Notes: generated by a model not told the origin, from the sequence alone. A stretch of 51,002 nt of DNA from an uncultured Clostridia bacterium (GCA_944390295.1 CALXPV010000001.1:1-51002), one strand, 5' to 3'. Positions 1 to 10,133 are shown, counted from the stretch's first letter. Numbers and translations are program-made.

Positions 1-72
1 CGAGGTGACAGGGATCGAACCTGCGACCTCATGGTCCCAAACCACGCGCGCTACCAACTGCGCTACACCTCG
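1..72 (-). tRNA. tRNA-Pro (anticodon UGG); the discriminator base and any CCA lie beyond the window edge
   Basis: The reverse complement folds as a cloverleaf: acceptor CGAGGTG/CACCTCG, D arm GCGC-AGTTGGTA-GCGC, anticodon arm CGTGG-TTTGGGA-CCATG (anticodon TGG), and T arm GCAGG-TTCGATC-CCTGT. Confidence 0.9.
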
Positions 73-91
73 ATTTACAGAGTACCAATAT

Positions 92-120
92 AATATAGCA
101 TACAAAAAAAGAAATTTCAA
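92..120 (-). promoter_or_regulatory. Candidate sigma-A promoter for tRNA-Pro
   Basis: On the minus strand: TTGAAA (rc of 115-120), a 17-nt spacer, then TATATT (rc of 92-97). It sits about 20 nt upstream of the tRNA 5' end. Confidence 0.4.
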
Positions 121-148
121 GACTTTTTTGATAAAATTTTGAAAAAAC

Positions 149-177
149 TTGAATATTATACAAATGACTGGTATAAT
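149..177 (+). promoter_or_regulatory. Candidate sigma-A promoter for tRNA-Arg
   Basis: TTGAAT (149-154), a 17-nt spacer, then TATAAT (172-177) preceded by TGg (extended -10). It lies 12 nt upstream of the tRNA start. Confidence 0.5.
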
Positions 178-189
178 ATAAAAAGTTCT

Positions 190-267
190 GCACCAGTAGC
201 TTAGCCCGGATAGAGCAGTCGGCTACGAACCGGAAGGTCGGGGGTTCAAATCCCTCCTGGTGCACCA
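190..267 (+). tRNA. tRNA-Arg (anticodon ACG) with encoded CCA
   Basis: Acceptor GCACCAG/CTGGTGC, anticodon loop CTACGAA, T arm GGGGG-TTCAAAT-CCCTC, discriminator A plus CCA. The sequence is close to the classic bacterial tRNA-Arg(ACG). Confidence 0.92.
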
Positions 268-304
268 AGCCAAGGATTAGTAATAATCTTTGGCTAATTT
301 TTTT
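268..304 (+). terminator. Rho-independent terminator after tRNA-Arg
   Basis: 12-bp stem AGCCAAGGATTA/TAATCTTTGGCT (one G-U pair), 4-nt loop, followed by a T-run. Confidence 0.7.
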
Positions 305-372
305 GAATAAATTATCAAAAATTGTAACGAATTATAGTTTTATACGTTATATATTCAAAGGGGGACAATGTT

Positions 373-861
373 ATGCAGGATATTGAAAAAATATATAAAG
401 AATATTTTGAAGCAATAAATAAATATTTATTCTGTTTAACTCATAACAAAGATATAGCAGAAGAACTAACCCAAGAAACCTTTTATAAAGCTGTAAAACA
501 TATTAACACTTATAATGGTAAATGTAAAATATCGGTTTGGTTATGCCAAATTGCTAAGAATTTATGGTATGACGAGTATAGAAAAAACAAAAAAATTATT
601 TTCGTTGAAGAAAATGAAATAAACGAAATTAAAGACTTAGAAAATGTGGAAGATATAGTTATACTTAGAGATGAACGAGATAAGTTATATAAAGAGATGC
701 AAAAACTAGACGAAAAAACAAGAGAAGTAGTGTATTTAAGGATAGAAGGAAATTTAAGCTTTAAGGAAATAGGAGATATATTAGGAAAAAATGAAAACTG
801 GGCTAGAGTAACATTTTATAGAGGAAAATGCAAATTAAAGGAAGGTGATAAAAATGGATAA
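373..861 (+). CDS. ECF-type RNA polymerase sigma-70 family factor
   Basis: 162 aa. A region-2-like segment (ELTQETFYKA...WLCQIAKNLWYDEYRK) and a region-4 HTH (LSFKEIGDILGKNENWARVTFYRGK) are present. The SD AAGGGGGA precedes the ATG. Confidence 0.85.
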   Translation: MQDIEKIYKEYFEAINKYLFCLTHNKDIAEELTQETFYKAVKHINTYNGKCKISVWLCQIAKNLWYDEYRKNKKIIFVEENEINEIKDLENVEDIVILRDERDKLYKEMQKLDEKTREVVYLRIEGNLSFKEIGDILGKNENWARVTFYRGKCKLKEGDKNG

Positions 862-1765
862 TAAGAAAGTTTGTAAAATAGTACAAGATTTATTGCCAAA
901 TTATATTGATAAATTGACTAGTGAAGACACAAATAGATATATTGAACAGCACTTAAAAGAATGTAATGAATGTAAAAGGCTTTTAGAAGATATGAAGCGA
1001 GATATAAAATTAAAAGATGAAAGCATGCAAAAAGAAGAAGTAAATTATATGAAGAAATTTAAAAATAAAATGAGAGGTCTAAAGTCAATAATTATACTTT
1101 TTGTTATATTTATAATAATTATTAGTGGATTAATAATAGGAAGAAAATTTGCTATTGTTTTAGAAATATCTAATAAGGCACAAGCAAATAAAGAGACTGA
1201 TAATATTCATATTGTAGAGTATTACTATTATGAAGGAAATATCACTAAAATGGAACAATTTAAATTAGCAGATAAAATTAAATATTCATATACTATGGAA
1301 ACTCCAGAAGGAATAATCACAGAAACAACTTATACAAATGAAACAGAAAAGGGATTTTTGAGACACACATATTTAGAAATTGATAATAAAAAATATGCAT
1401 GTTTAAATAGTGGAGTAAATAGAGATTTTATAACAGAAAATTTATTATATTCAACAAACTGGGGAGAATTACTAAAATATTCAATTAATACGACAATTGA
1501 ATCTACAACATTCAGAGGAAAAGAATGTTATTATTTAACTAATATTCCCGCATATGTTGGTGGAAGATATGAAAGACTTTATATAGATAAAGAAACCGGT
1601 CTTATGGTAGGTTCAAGTAAAATAGATACTTCAATAAATTCAGCAATGCCAATCGAGTCTGTTTATGAATATAATATAGTAACTGAGAGCGATTTTAAAG
1701 AACCAGAGATAGAAGATTATAAAATTGTTGATAATTTAGAAGGCTTATTAGAAAGAGAACAATAA
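854..1765 (+). CDS. Zinc-finger (ZAS-type) anti-sigma factor with one TM helix and an extracytoplasmic domain
   Basis: Contains the HLKECNECK (HxxxCxxC) motif, then a TM helix (LKSIIILFVIFIIIISGLIIG). ATG 854 overlaps the sigma gene stop (ATGGATAA) and follows the SD GGAAGGTGA. The ORF-track GTG start at 845 is less likely. Confidence 0.75.
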   Translation: MDNKKVCKIVQDLLPNYIDKLTSEDTNRYIEQHLKECNECKRLLEDMKRDIKLKDESMQKEEVNYMKKFKNKMRGLKSIIILFVIFIIIISGLIIGRKFAIVLEISNKAQANKETDNIHIVEYYYYEGNITKMEQFKLADKIKYSYTMETPEGIITETTYTNETEKGFLRHTYLEIDNKKYACLNSGVNRDFITENLLYSTNWGELLKYSINTTIESTTFRGKECYYLTNIPAYVGGRYERLYIDKETGLMVGSSKIDTSINSAMPIESVYEYNIVTESDFKEPEIEDYKIVDNLEGLLEREQ

Positions 1766-1890
1766 ATTAAAGATTCTATAAAAATTCACACAAAATTGCT
1801 ATGCAATTTTGGCGAACGAACAAAGACGGGGCATGTAAGATATTAAAAAAGGTGTAAAACTTTAATCATGCCCCTTTTGTTCTAGTAATT

Positions 1891-2529
1891 TTAAATAATA
1901 TTTTCTTTTTGCTTAATATTATCAACAAAGTTAGGATTATATTTTTCCAATAAATATTTATTAGTAGTTTTATCAAATGAGATTACTTTTGAAGAAATAA
2001 CTTTTTGACCTGCTTTATAAGCTTTTATTATATAGGTATAACATGCTATTAATATGGAAATAAAAGCAGTATCCCTAGATTCACAATAAATAATATAATT
2101 GTGTAAATCATTATAAATAGTGTTATCATGTTCAATTTGAGCAATTTGGATATTATCACAATATATTGCAGAAATTGTTTTTTTGCCTAAGCCAATTGGA
2201 TATGAAATATATTCTTTATTATTATAAGTACATAAATGATAATAGCTTCTTAAAAATAAAGTATTTTTTATTATTGATTGAAAAATATTTCCTACCACAT
2301 TATTGTTTTCTAATATATTATAAGGTCTGAAATTTTTCTTAGGACCAGGGAAGAATTTATTCACACATTCAAAAGAAAAAGATTTATCATAAAAAGATCC
2401 ATTAAGGCTAACTTCCATACTACCTAATTGTCCTTTAAAATAAATATTTCCTATAACTTGATTATTATCTATAATTTCAAATTCACCACTATACAAATCT
2501 TTATTTTTTTGTTTTAATAATAATTCCAT
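1891..2529 (-). CDS. Hypothetical protein (212 aa)
   Basis: Long ORF with the SD GGGGGA upstream of the ATG. No family was recognised. Confidence 0.6.
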   Translation of the reverse strand: MELLLKQKNKDLYSGEFEIIDNNQVIGNIYFKGQLGSMEVSLNGSFYDKSFSFECVNKFFPGPKKNFRPYNILENNNVVGNIFQSIIKNTLFLRSYYHLCTYNNKEYISYPIGLGKKTISAIYCDNIQIAQIEHDNTIYNDLHNYIIYCESRDTAFISILIACYTYIIKAYKAGQKVISSKVISFDKTTNKYLLEKYNPNFVDNIKQKENII

Positions 2530-2672
2530 ATTTAATCCCCCATTATCATAAATAAATTACAATTTAATTTTAACATATATAAATTTATTTGGAACAAAAT
2601 AAAAAAATTAATTTACACAAACAAATATTTGTGATATATTATCAAAAACAAATGTTTACAAAGGAGGAAAAA

Positions 2673-3731
2673 ATGAAATTTGTACATATTGCAGATATGC
2701 ATTTTGATAGCCCTTTTACAAGTTTATCAAGAATAGAAGGATTATCTGATACAAGAAGATTAGAGCAAAGAAAAGTATTTAAAAATATAATAGAATATAT
2801 AAATGAAAATAATATAGAGTATTTATTCATTTCAGGAGATTTATATGAAAATGAATATGTAAAATATAGCACAATAGAATATATAGACAATTTATTTAAA
2901 ACAATTCCAAATACTAAAATATTTATAGCACCAGGAAATCATGATCCATTTTTAATTAATTCATATTATGCAAAATATGAATGGAGTGATAATGTTTATA
3001 TATTTAAAAATAAATTAGAAATGATTAATTTAGAAAATATAAATATATATGGTTATGGTTTTTCAAGATTTTATTCAGATGGAATAGATTTAAACATTCC
3101 ATTAAATAAAGAAAAGATAAATATATTAATTACTCATGGGGATTTAAATGCAAGCAAAAGTGGAGATGAATTATACAATCCCGTAGATAATAGAGACTTA
3201 CTAAAGTTTGATTATATTGCACTAGGTCATATTCATAAACCAAAATATGATGATAAAATAGTATATCCTGGTTCACCAATTTCATTTGGTTTTGATGAAT
3301 TAGGAAAACATGGAATGATTGTTGGAGAAATAAATGATAAAAAAATAAAAACAGAATTTATTCCATTAGATAATAGAGAATTTATAAAATTAAATTTTGA
3401 TATTTCTGAAATTAATTCACAAGAAGAATTAATAGAAAAAATAAATGAATTAAAAATAAATAAAAATAATTTTTACGAAATTATTTTTACTGGAAAAAGA
3501 AATTTTTCTATTAATTTATTTTTATTAAATAAATTAATAGAAAATAATAATATTTTAAAAATAAAAGATTTTTCAAAAATAAAATATGATTTAGAAAAAA
3601 TAAAAGAAGAAAATAATTTAAAAGGATTTTTTGTAAAAAATATTTTAGAAAAAATAGATACAATTGATACAGAAGAAGAAAAACAAAAATATTTAAAAGC
3701 AATAGAAATAGGACTAGAAGCATTAAATTAA
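2673..3731 (+). CDS. yhaO: SbcD/Mre11-like metallophosphoesterase (DNA repair exonuclease, YhaO/SbcF-like)
   Basis: Calcineurin-like motifs are present: HIADMHFD, GDLY, GNHD, and GH at LGHIH. The start is set at ATG 2673 after the SD AAGGAGG; the ORF-track start at 2589 lacks an SD. Confidence 0.8.
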   Translation: MKFVHIADMHFDSPFTSLSRIEGLSDTRRLEQRKVFKNIIEYINENNIEYLFISGDLYENEYVKYSTIEYIDNLFKTIPNTKIFIAPGNHDPFLINSYYAKYEWSDNVYIFKNKLEMINLENINIYGYGFSRFYSDGIDLNIPLNKEKINILITHGDLNASKSGDELYNPVDNRDLLKFDYIALGHIHKPKYDDKIVYPGSPISFGFDELGKHGMIVGEINDKKIKTEFIPLDNREFIKLNFDISEINSQEELIEKINELKINKNNFYEIIFTGKRNFSINLFLLNKLIENNNILKIKDFSKIKYDLEKIKEENNLKGFFVKNILEKIDTIDTEEEKQKYLKAIEIGLEALN

Positions 3732-3747
3732 TTTGGAGGAAATAAAC

Positions 3748-5622
3748 TTGAAGATAAAAGAATTAAATATAAATGGTTTTGGAAAATTAAAAAATAAAAA
3801 TATAAAATTTGATGAAGGAATAAATGTAATAATAGGAGAAAACGAAAGTGGTAAATCTACATTATTAAAATTTATAACTAGTTCATTATATGGAGTTTCA
3901 AAAAATAAAAGAGGAAAAAGCATTTCTGATTACGAAAAATATAAGCCATGGGATACTGAAAATTATTCTGGAAAAATAAAATATAAATTAGACAATGAAA
4001 ATGAATTTGAAGTATATCGTGATTTTAATAAAAAAAGTCCAGAAATATATAATAATTTTGGAGATGATATAACCGCACTATATAATGTAGGAAAAAATAA
4101 AGAAATTCCATTTTTTTATGAGCAAACTAAAATAGATGAAGAATTATTTGTAAACAGCACAGCCGTAATGCAAAATGATGTTAGAATAGATAAATCAACA
4201 CAAAATATGATAATTCAAAAAATATCAAATTTAGCAACAACAGGTGCAGATAATATTTCTTATAAAAAAAGTATAGAAAAATTAAATAAAAAACAATTAG
4301 AAGAAATAGGATCAGACAGAAGTCAAGATAGACCAATAAATAAAATTAATAATGAATTAATTAATTTAAAAAATGAAAAAAATAATTTAGAAGAAATTAA
4401 TGATGAAAAATATGAAATTGAAAAAGAATTAAAATTAATAAAAAATAATTTAAATAATTTAGAAAATGAAAATAATTTTTTAAATAAATTAAAAAAAATA
4501 AAAAATAATTATTTAATAGAAAATCAAAAAATAAAATTAAATAAAGAATTAATAGAAGAAATAAATAATAAAATAAATAATTTAGAAAAAGAGAAAGAAA
4601 AAATAAATATTAAAAAAATTAATTTAGAAAAAATAAAAATAAATAAATATATTTTAATTAATTTATTTTTATTAATAATTATTTTTTTAATTAATTTATT
4701 TATTAAAAATAATTATTTTAATTTTTTATATTTAATTTTATTAATTCCATTTTTAATTTATTTTTCTAAAAAAATAAAAATAAAAAATAAAAATAAAAAA
4801 ATAATAGAAAATAATAAATTAGAAATAAATAAAATAAATAATGAAATTAATTTATTATTAGAAAATAAAAAAGAAAAAATAAATGAATTAAATAATTTAG
4901 AAATTAATGAAGAAAATTATTTAAAAAAAGAATTAGAAAATAATTATAAAGAAAAAATAAATTATTTAAATATTGAAGATTTAAAAAAAGATTTTTTTAC
5001 AGAAAAAATAGAAAATAAATTATCAGAATTAAATAATAAAATAAATGAAGAAAAATTAAAAATGCATAAATTAGATTTAGATAAAAGAAATATTTTTAAT
5101 AAATTAGATAATTTATCAAAAATAGAAGAAAGAATAGAATATTTAAATGAAGAAGCTGAAGAGTTAAAAAATAAAAATGATATTATAGAAATTGCAAAAG
5201 AATATTTAAATCTTTCATATAAACAAATGAAGGAAAACGTTACGCCTACTTTTTCTAGAGAGTTATCTAATACAATTTATGAAATATCAAATGGAAAATA
5301 TAAAAATGTAAAAATAACTGATAATGATATAGTAGTAGAAATAGAAAATGGAAAATATATTCCAATTGATTTATTAAGCACAGGAACAATAGACCAGCTA
5401 TATTTTTCATTAAGAATGGCAATATTAAAAGAAGTAACCGAAGAAGAATTACCAATTTTCCTTGATGAAGCTTTTGTATTTTATGATAAAAATAGATTAA
5501 TAAATACAATTAATTATTTATCTAAAAAATTAAATAAACAAATAATTATATTTTCTTGTACAGAAAGAGAATTAAATATATTAAACAATTTAAACATTAA
5601 ATATAATCTAATTAAAATATAA
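3748..5622 (+). CDS. yhaN: SMC/SbcC-like AAA ATPase with a central coiled coil and two TM helices (YhaN/SbcE-like)
   Basis: Walker A GENESGKST sits at the N-terminus and a Walker B/D-loop (PIFLDEAFVFYD) at the C-terminus. The K/N/E/I/L-rich coiled coil is interrupted by the hydrophobic stretch YILINLFLLIIIFLINLF...LILLIPFLIYF. The TTG at 3748 lies 8 nt after GGAGG; a 3733 start is also possible. Confidence 0.75.
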   Translation: MKIKELNINGFGKLKNKNIKFDEGINVIIGENESGKSTLLKFITSSLYGVSKNKRGKSISDYEKYKPWDTENYSGKIKYKLDNENEFEVYRDFNKKSPEIYNNFGDDITALYNVGKNKEIPFFYEQTKIDEELFVNSTAVMQNDVRIDKSTQNMIIQKISNLATTGADNISYKKSIEKLNKKQLEEIGSDRSQDRPINKINNELINLKNEKNNLEEINDEKYEIEKELKLIKNNLNNLENENNFLNKLKKIKNNYLIENQKIKLNKELIEEINNKINNLEKEKEKINIKKINLEKIKINKYILINLFLLIIIFLINLFIKNNYFNFLYLILLIPFLIYFSKKIKIKNKNKKIIENNKLEINKINNEINLLLENKKEKINELNNLEINEENYLKKELENNYKEKINYLNIEDLKKDFFTEKIENKLSELNNKINEEKLKMHKLDLDKRNIFNKLDNLSKIEERIEYLNEEAEELKNKNDIIEIAKEYLNLSYKQMKENVTPTFSRELSNTIYEISNGKYKNVKITDNDIVVEIENGKYIPIDLLSTGTIDQLYFSLRMAILKEVTEEELPIFLDEAFVFYDKNRLINTINYLSKKLNKQIIIFSCTERELNILNNLNIKYNLIKI

Positions 5623-5650
5623 AGACCTATATTTTGATAGGTCTTTTATC
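5621..5650 (+). terminator. Rho-independent terminator
   Basis: Stem AAAGACCTAT/ATAGGTCTTT with loop ATTTTG. Confidence 0.65.
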
Positions 5651-5877
5651 ATGTAGATATAACAAAATAAAATATGACAAAAGCTTGTAATTTCTACGGA
5701 TATATAATAAAATAACAATGGAAAATAGAGAGAAAACAAACAAAAGAAAAAATAAATAATAAAGATATCACAAAATGTAAAAAACTTTTTTAATATACAT
5801 TCCTTAAAATGACAAAAAAAGTTAATACAATATATTAAAATAACAATTATATTAAAGAAGTTATGGGGTGGTAAAGG

Positions 5878-8364
5878 ATGTTTCAAAATATAAATGTAGA
5901 TACGGGCTACATAGACGAAAATGAAATTAAGACAAAAAGAATAAAACAAAAATTTATTAAAGAAAATCTATCTAAGCAGAATATTATACTGTATTTGATA
6001 TCGTTTATGGTATCAACAGTTCAATTTGGAAATGGATTAGCACCATTTGCTATTGCAATTATTGCAGCAATGCTTAGTAATAATATACCAATAATAATTA
6101 CATATTTACTTACGTGTATAGGAACTTTTATAGGATTTGGAGGATCTGGTTTACTTATATATATATTAACTAGTTTAATATTAGTAGCCTTTTCAATATT
6201 CTTAACACCAAAAATTGATGAAAGTACAAATCAAAAGAATTTAACTCCACATTTAATTGTTTCATGTTTTATAGTACAAGTTTTAAAAATAATGATGGGA
6301 CCAGTATTAATTTATGATGTATTACTTGCTGTTGTATATACAATAGTAACAGTTATATTTTATAAAATATTTTTAAGTTCTGTTTTAGTAATAAAAGAAT
6401 CTAAAATAAAAAAAGCTTTTTCTATAGAAGAAATAATTGGGACAAGTTTAATGGTTGCTATCGCAGTTTCAGCTTTTAAGGATATAACTATTTTTAATTA
6501 TTCTGTAAGAAACATATTAAGCGTATTTATAGTATTATTTTTAGGCTGGCAAAACGGAATGTTAATTGGAGCTACATCAGGAGTAATAATAGGTTCAGTA
6601 ATTGCCGTAGTTCAAAATGGAGATCCTATCTTAATTGCAGCATTTGCAATATCTGGTATGATTGCAGGACTATTAAATAAGATAGGAAAAATAGGAGTAA
6701 TAATAGGTTTTATATTAGGAACAGTAATATTAACATATGTGGCAAATGGAAATACAGAATCAATAATAATGATACAAGAAATACTAATTGCTTCTATTGG
6801 ATTACTTGCAACACCTAAAAACATAAAAATTAATATAGAAGACATGTTTGATCATTTTAAATATTTACCTAAAGCTCCAACAAATAGATTAGAACCAACT
6901 ACAGATATGGCATATAAATTAAATAATGTTTCGAATGCAATTTCAGAAGTTGCAAAATCTTATAAAGAAGCAGCAGCTACAGTATTGGAAGACGAAGAAA
7001 TTGAAGAAGAAAGAAATAAAGAGATATTCGTTACAGAGCTAGAAAACAATATTGCAGATTTAAAAGATAATGTAATATATGATGATTTAATAAATGAAGA
7101 TTCGCCAATAGTTAATGATATTTTTAAATTCTTAATAGATAAAAATGAAATAAATGTAGAACAACTTATAAAAATATTTGAAAATCATAACAATTATATA
7201 TTGGGATTTGATGATTCAGAATTAAGTAAAAAAATAACAGAAGAAATTGAAAAAATGGTTAAGGCAATAAATTCTTCATATAGAATAAGTAAATTGAATT
7301 TTATTTGGAAAAAGAAAATAATAGAAAATAAAGAAGCAATGGGAACACAATTAGATGGAATTTCAAAAACTATATCAGATATTGCTGAAGGAATAAATAA
7401 AGACTTAGACCAAGAAAATGTAATGACAGAAAAAGAGAAAATAAAAAAATTATTAGAACAAAAAAATATTATTGCAGAAGATATTAATATAAAGAAACAA
7501 AAAAACAATAAGTTAGAAGTTACATTATATGTTAAACCTTGTAATGAATATGAGGATAATAATAGCCTAGAAGTAGAAGAATGCTTAACAGATAAAATAA
7601 GACCAATACTTTCAAAATTTTTTAAACAAGAATTAGATATTCAATTAGTTGATTGTGCAATACAAAATGACAAAGAAATTTGTTATTTTAAATATACAAG
7701 TAAAAATAAATATTCTTTACAAATAGGACTAGCAAAAACTACAAAAAATGGTAGCCCAGTAAGTGGTGATACAAGCTTAAAAATGAAATTACAAGATGGA
7801 AAGCAATTAATTGCTATAAGTGATGGTATGGGATCTGGCCCCAATGCTAGAAAAAGCAGTAGAATTGCTACGCAAATGCTAAAAAGATTATTAGGATCAG
7901 GTTTTAATAAAGAAACATCACTAGATATAATAAATTCTAATATGTGCTTAAATTCAGAAGATGATTCATATGCTACATTAGATATTGCAATATTTGATTT
8001 GTTTGAAGGAAATGTGGAATTTATAAAAAGTGGAGCATCACCAACATATATAAAGAATAGAAAACATGTAGATATAATAAAAAATTTAACATTACCAGCA
8101 GGTATATTAAATGATATAGATTTAAAAATATCTGATAGAGATTTAGAAGAAAATGAAATTCTAGTAATGTGTAGTGATGGAATAATAGAGTCAAATACTG
8201 AATACGAAAATAAAGATTTATGGCTTAAATATTTACTAGAAGAAATGGACACACAAAATCCTCAAAAGATAGCGGACATAATACTTGCAGAATCAATAGA
8301 TAATAATTTTGGAATACCTAAAGACGATATGACTGTTATAGTTTGCAAGTTAGTAAAAAATTAA
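5878..8364 (+). CDS. spoIIE: Stage II sporulation protein E (membrane PP2C phosphatase)
   Basis: 828 aa. The N-terminal third is polytopic. The C-terminal PP2C domain carries SGDT, ISDGMGSG and MCSDGI motifs. Confidence 0.9.
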   Translation: MFQNINVDTGYIDENEIKTKRIKQKFIKENLSKQNIILYLISFMVSTVQFGNGLAPFAIAIIAAMLSNNIPIIITYLLTCIGTFIGFGGSGLLIYILTSLILVAFSIFLTPKIDESTNQKNLTPHLIVSCFIVQVLKIMMGPVLIYDVLLAVVYTIVTVIFYKIFLSSVLVIKESKIKKAFSIEEIIGTSLMVAIAVSAFKDITIFNYSVRNILSVFIVLFLGWQNGMLIGATSGVIIGSVIAVVQNGDPILIAAFAISGMIAGLLNKIGKIGVIIGFILGTVILTYVANGNTESIIMIQEILIASIGLLATPKNIKINIEDMFDHFKYLPKAPTNRLEPTTDMAYKLNNVSNAISEVAKSYKEAAATVLEDEEIEEERNKEIFVTELENNIADLKDNVIYDDLINEDSPIVNDIFKFLIDKNEINVEQLIKIFENHNNYILGFDDSELSKKITEEIEKMVKAINSSYRISKLNFIWKKKIIENKEAMGTQLDGISKTISDIAEGINKDLDQENVMTEKEKIKKLLEQKNIIAEDINIKKQKNNKLEVTLYVKPCNEYEDNNSLEVEECLTDKIRPILSKFFKQELDIQLVDCAIQNDKEICYFKYTSKNKYSLQIGLAKTTKNGSPVSGDTSLKMKLQDGKQLIAISDGMGSGPNARKSSRIATQMLKRLLGSGFNKETSLDIINSNMCLNSEDDSYATLDIAIFDLFEGNVEFIKSGASPTYIKNRKHVDIIKNLTLPAGILNDIDLKISDRDLEENEILVMCSDGIIESNTEYENKDLWLKYLLEEMDTQNPQKIADIILAESIDNNFGIPKDDMTVIVCKLVKN

Positions 8365-8467
8365 CATTCAGCTTAAACGAAGAATTTAAAAGGGATTTAG
8401 AAAAATAACATTTTTTATACTAGGAAATTTCTCCTAGTAAGAGGAATTTCTGTAGTAGATAATTATG

Positions 8468-8528
8468 GCGAATATTAGATTTTCTAGCATTTACTAATGC
8501 GTAGAAAATTTTGTATTCGCTTTTTTTT
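8468..8528 (+). terminator. Long imperfect hairpin plus T8 terminator downstream of spoIIE
   Basis: GCGAATA...TATTCGC encloses TTTTCTAGC/GCGTAGAAAA and is followed by TTTTTTTT. Confidence 0.6.
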
Positions 8529-8609
8529 ATGTTTATGTTGTAATTTATTGTAGAAATATGATATTATGTATGTGTGAAAAAATGAATTAATTCTTACGGA
8601 GGAACTAAA

Positions 8610-10133
8610 ATGGGAAGAGGAAGAAGATATAATGGAGAAGCAAAATTAAACATGAAAAAAGTTTTTGCGGTAATAATAGCTATACTAGTTATAATCATGT
8701 TTATTTTTATAATATATAAATTAGTGGCAAATGGACAAGGAACAAGAATGACTAGTGTATATTATTTTACAGCATTAGAAGATAATAAATATGGAGTAAT
8801 AAATAATAAAGGAGAAACAATAATAGACCCTGCATATCAAGAATATATAGTAATACCTAATAGTGGAAAAGATATATTCTTATGTACTTATGATGTAGAT
8901 TATGAAAATAATACATATAAAACAAAAGCATTAAATTCAAAAAACGAAGAAATATTTACTGATTATTCACAAATAGAAGCAATATCAAATTATGATAAAA
9001 ACAATAATTTAACATATGAACAAAATCTTTTAAGAGTACAAAAAGATGGAAAATATGGAATGATAGATATAAATGGAAATGAAATCTTACCATGTGAATA
9101 TGATAGATTATATTCTTTAAAAAATACAGATAACAGTATAATTGTCGAAAAAGATGGAAGAAAAGGATTAGTAGATAGTACAGGGAAAAAAGTAATAGAT
9201 ACAGAATATAAAGATATAAAAGCTTTAGGAACAGATTATAAATTAGGCTATATTGTTATTGACGAAGATAATAATTATGGTGTTGTAGATTGTAATAATC
9301 AAAAAGTTTTAGAAACAAAATATAAAGACATTAAACAAATGACAGATGATGGAAAATATATAGTAAAAGAAAAAGATAATTGGGAATTAGTAAACAAAGA
9401 TGGAACAGCACAAGAAAATAAAGCATTAGAAGATGCAAGAGATGTAACTGGAATAAAATTAGGAAATATAATAATTGAAAATGACAAAAACAAATTTGGA
9501 GTAATAAACCAAGACGGAGAAGAAATAGTTTCAACAGATTATGACAGCATAGCATTTGCATTTACAGATACATTTATTGTAGAAGAAAAAGGAAAATTTG
9601 GATTAGTAAATGCTGAAAACAAAATGGTAATAGACCCAATATATGAATCAATGAGTTATGTAGAATCATCGGATTTAATAGAAGCTTCAGAAGATGGAAT
9701 AACATCTAATTTAATAAATAATAGTTTAGAAACAAAATTATCTGGAATAGTTTCAGAAATAAATACAAGTAAAAGTTATATAAAAATAAGAGTAAATGAC
9801 CAAGATAAATACTATAATTTTAGATTTGAAGAACAATCAGAAAAAGATATTAATACATCAAATACATTATTCTTAACAAAACAAGCTGGAAAATACGGGT
9901 TTGTTGATAAAAACGACAAAGAAGTTGTAGAATGTATTTATGATGATGCAAAAGCACAAAATGCATATGGTTATGCTGCTGTTCAAAAAGATGGAAAATG
10001 GGGAGTAATAGATCAAACAGGAAAAGTAGTTGTAGAACCAACATATGATTTATCAGATAGTATGCAAATAGACTTTATAGGAGAATGGCACTTAGGAAAT
10101 GTAGATTCTAATGCTACATATTATACAAAATAA
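8610..10133 (+). CDS. WG-repeat (KWG-type) protein with an N-terminal membrane anchor
   Basis: Repeated units such as KYGVINNKGETIIDPAYQ, KYGMIDINGNEILPCEYD, RKGLVDSTGKKVIDTEYK, KFGLVNAENKMVIDPIYE and KWGVIDQTGKVVVEPTYD. A TM helix lies at residues about 17-37. The SD GGAGG precedes the ATG. Confidence 0.8.
   Translation: MGRGRRYNGEAKLNMKKVFAVIIAILVIIMFIFIIYKLVANGQGTRMTSVYYFTALEDNKYGVINNKGETIIDPAYQEYIVIPNSGKDIFLCTYDVDYENNTYKTKALNSKNEEIFTDYSQIEAISNYDKNNNLTYEQNLLRVQKDGKYGMIDINGNEILPCEYDRLYSLKNTDNSIIVEKDGRKGLVDSTGKKVIDTEYKDIKALGTDYKLGYIVIDEDNNYGVVDCNNQKVLETKYKDIKQMTDDGKYIVKEKDNWELVNKDGTAQENKALEDARDVTGIKLGNIIIENDKNKFGVINQDGEEIVSTDYDSIAFAFTDTFIVEEKGKFGLVNAENKMVIDPIYESMSYVESSDLIEASEDGITSNLINNSLETKLSGIVSEINTSKSYIKIRVNDQDKYYNFRFEEQSEKDINTSNTLFLTKQAGKYGFVDKNDKEVVECIYDDAKAQNAYGYAAVQKDGKWGVIDQTGKVVVEPTYDLSDSMQIDFIGEWHLGNVDSNATYYTK

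Noticed and set aside
29-268. 79-aa minus-strand ORF in the track
   Set aside because: It spans two well-folded tRNA genes and their promoter region. It has no SD, so it is an artefact.
4300-5100. Periodic A/T-rich sequence that superficially looks like a repeat array or CRISPR
   Set aside because: There is no repeat/spacer organisation and no conserved unit length. The sequence is one continuous open frame encoding the coiled coil of the YhaN-like ATPase.
5675-5816. Two TGACAAA words upstream of spoIIE as possible Spo0A boxes
   Set aside because: Each differs from the TGTCGAA consensus at two of seven positions. Such words are expected by chance in AT-rich DNA, so they are not enough to call.
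2642-9561. Many 60-190-aa antisense or alternate-frame ORFs (for example 2642-2890, 3511-3923, 5267-5949, 6612-6845, 7194-8252 and 9299-9561), and similar ones throughout the window
   Set aside because: They lie inside longer ORFs with recognisable domains. They encode F/L/I/S-rich low-complexity peptides typical of the antisense of AT-rich genes, and they lack SD sequences.
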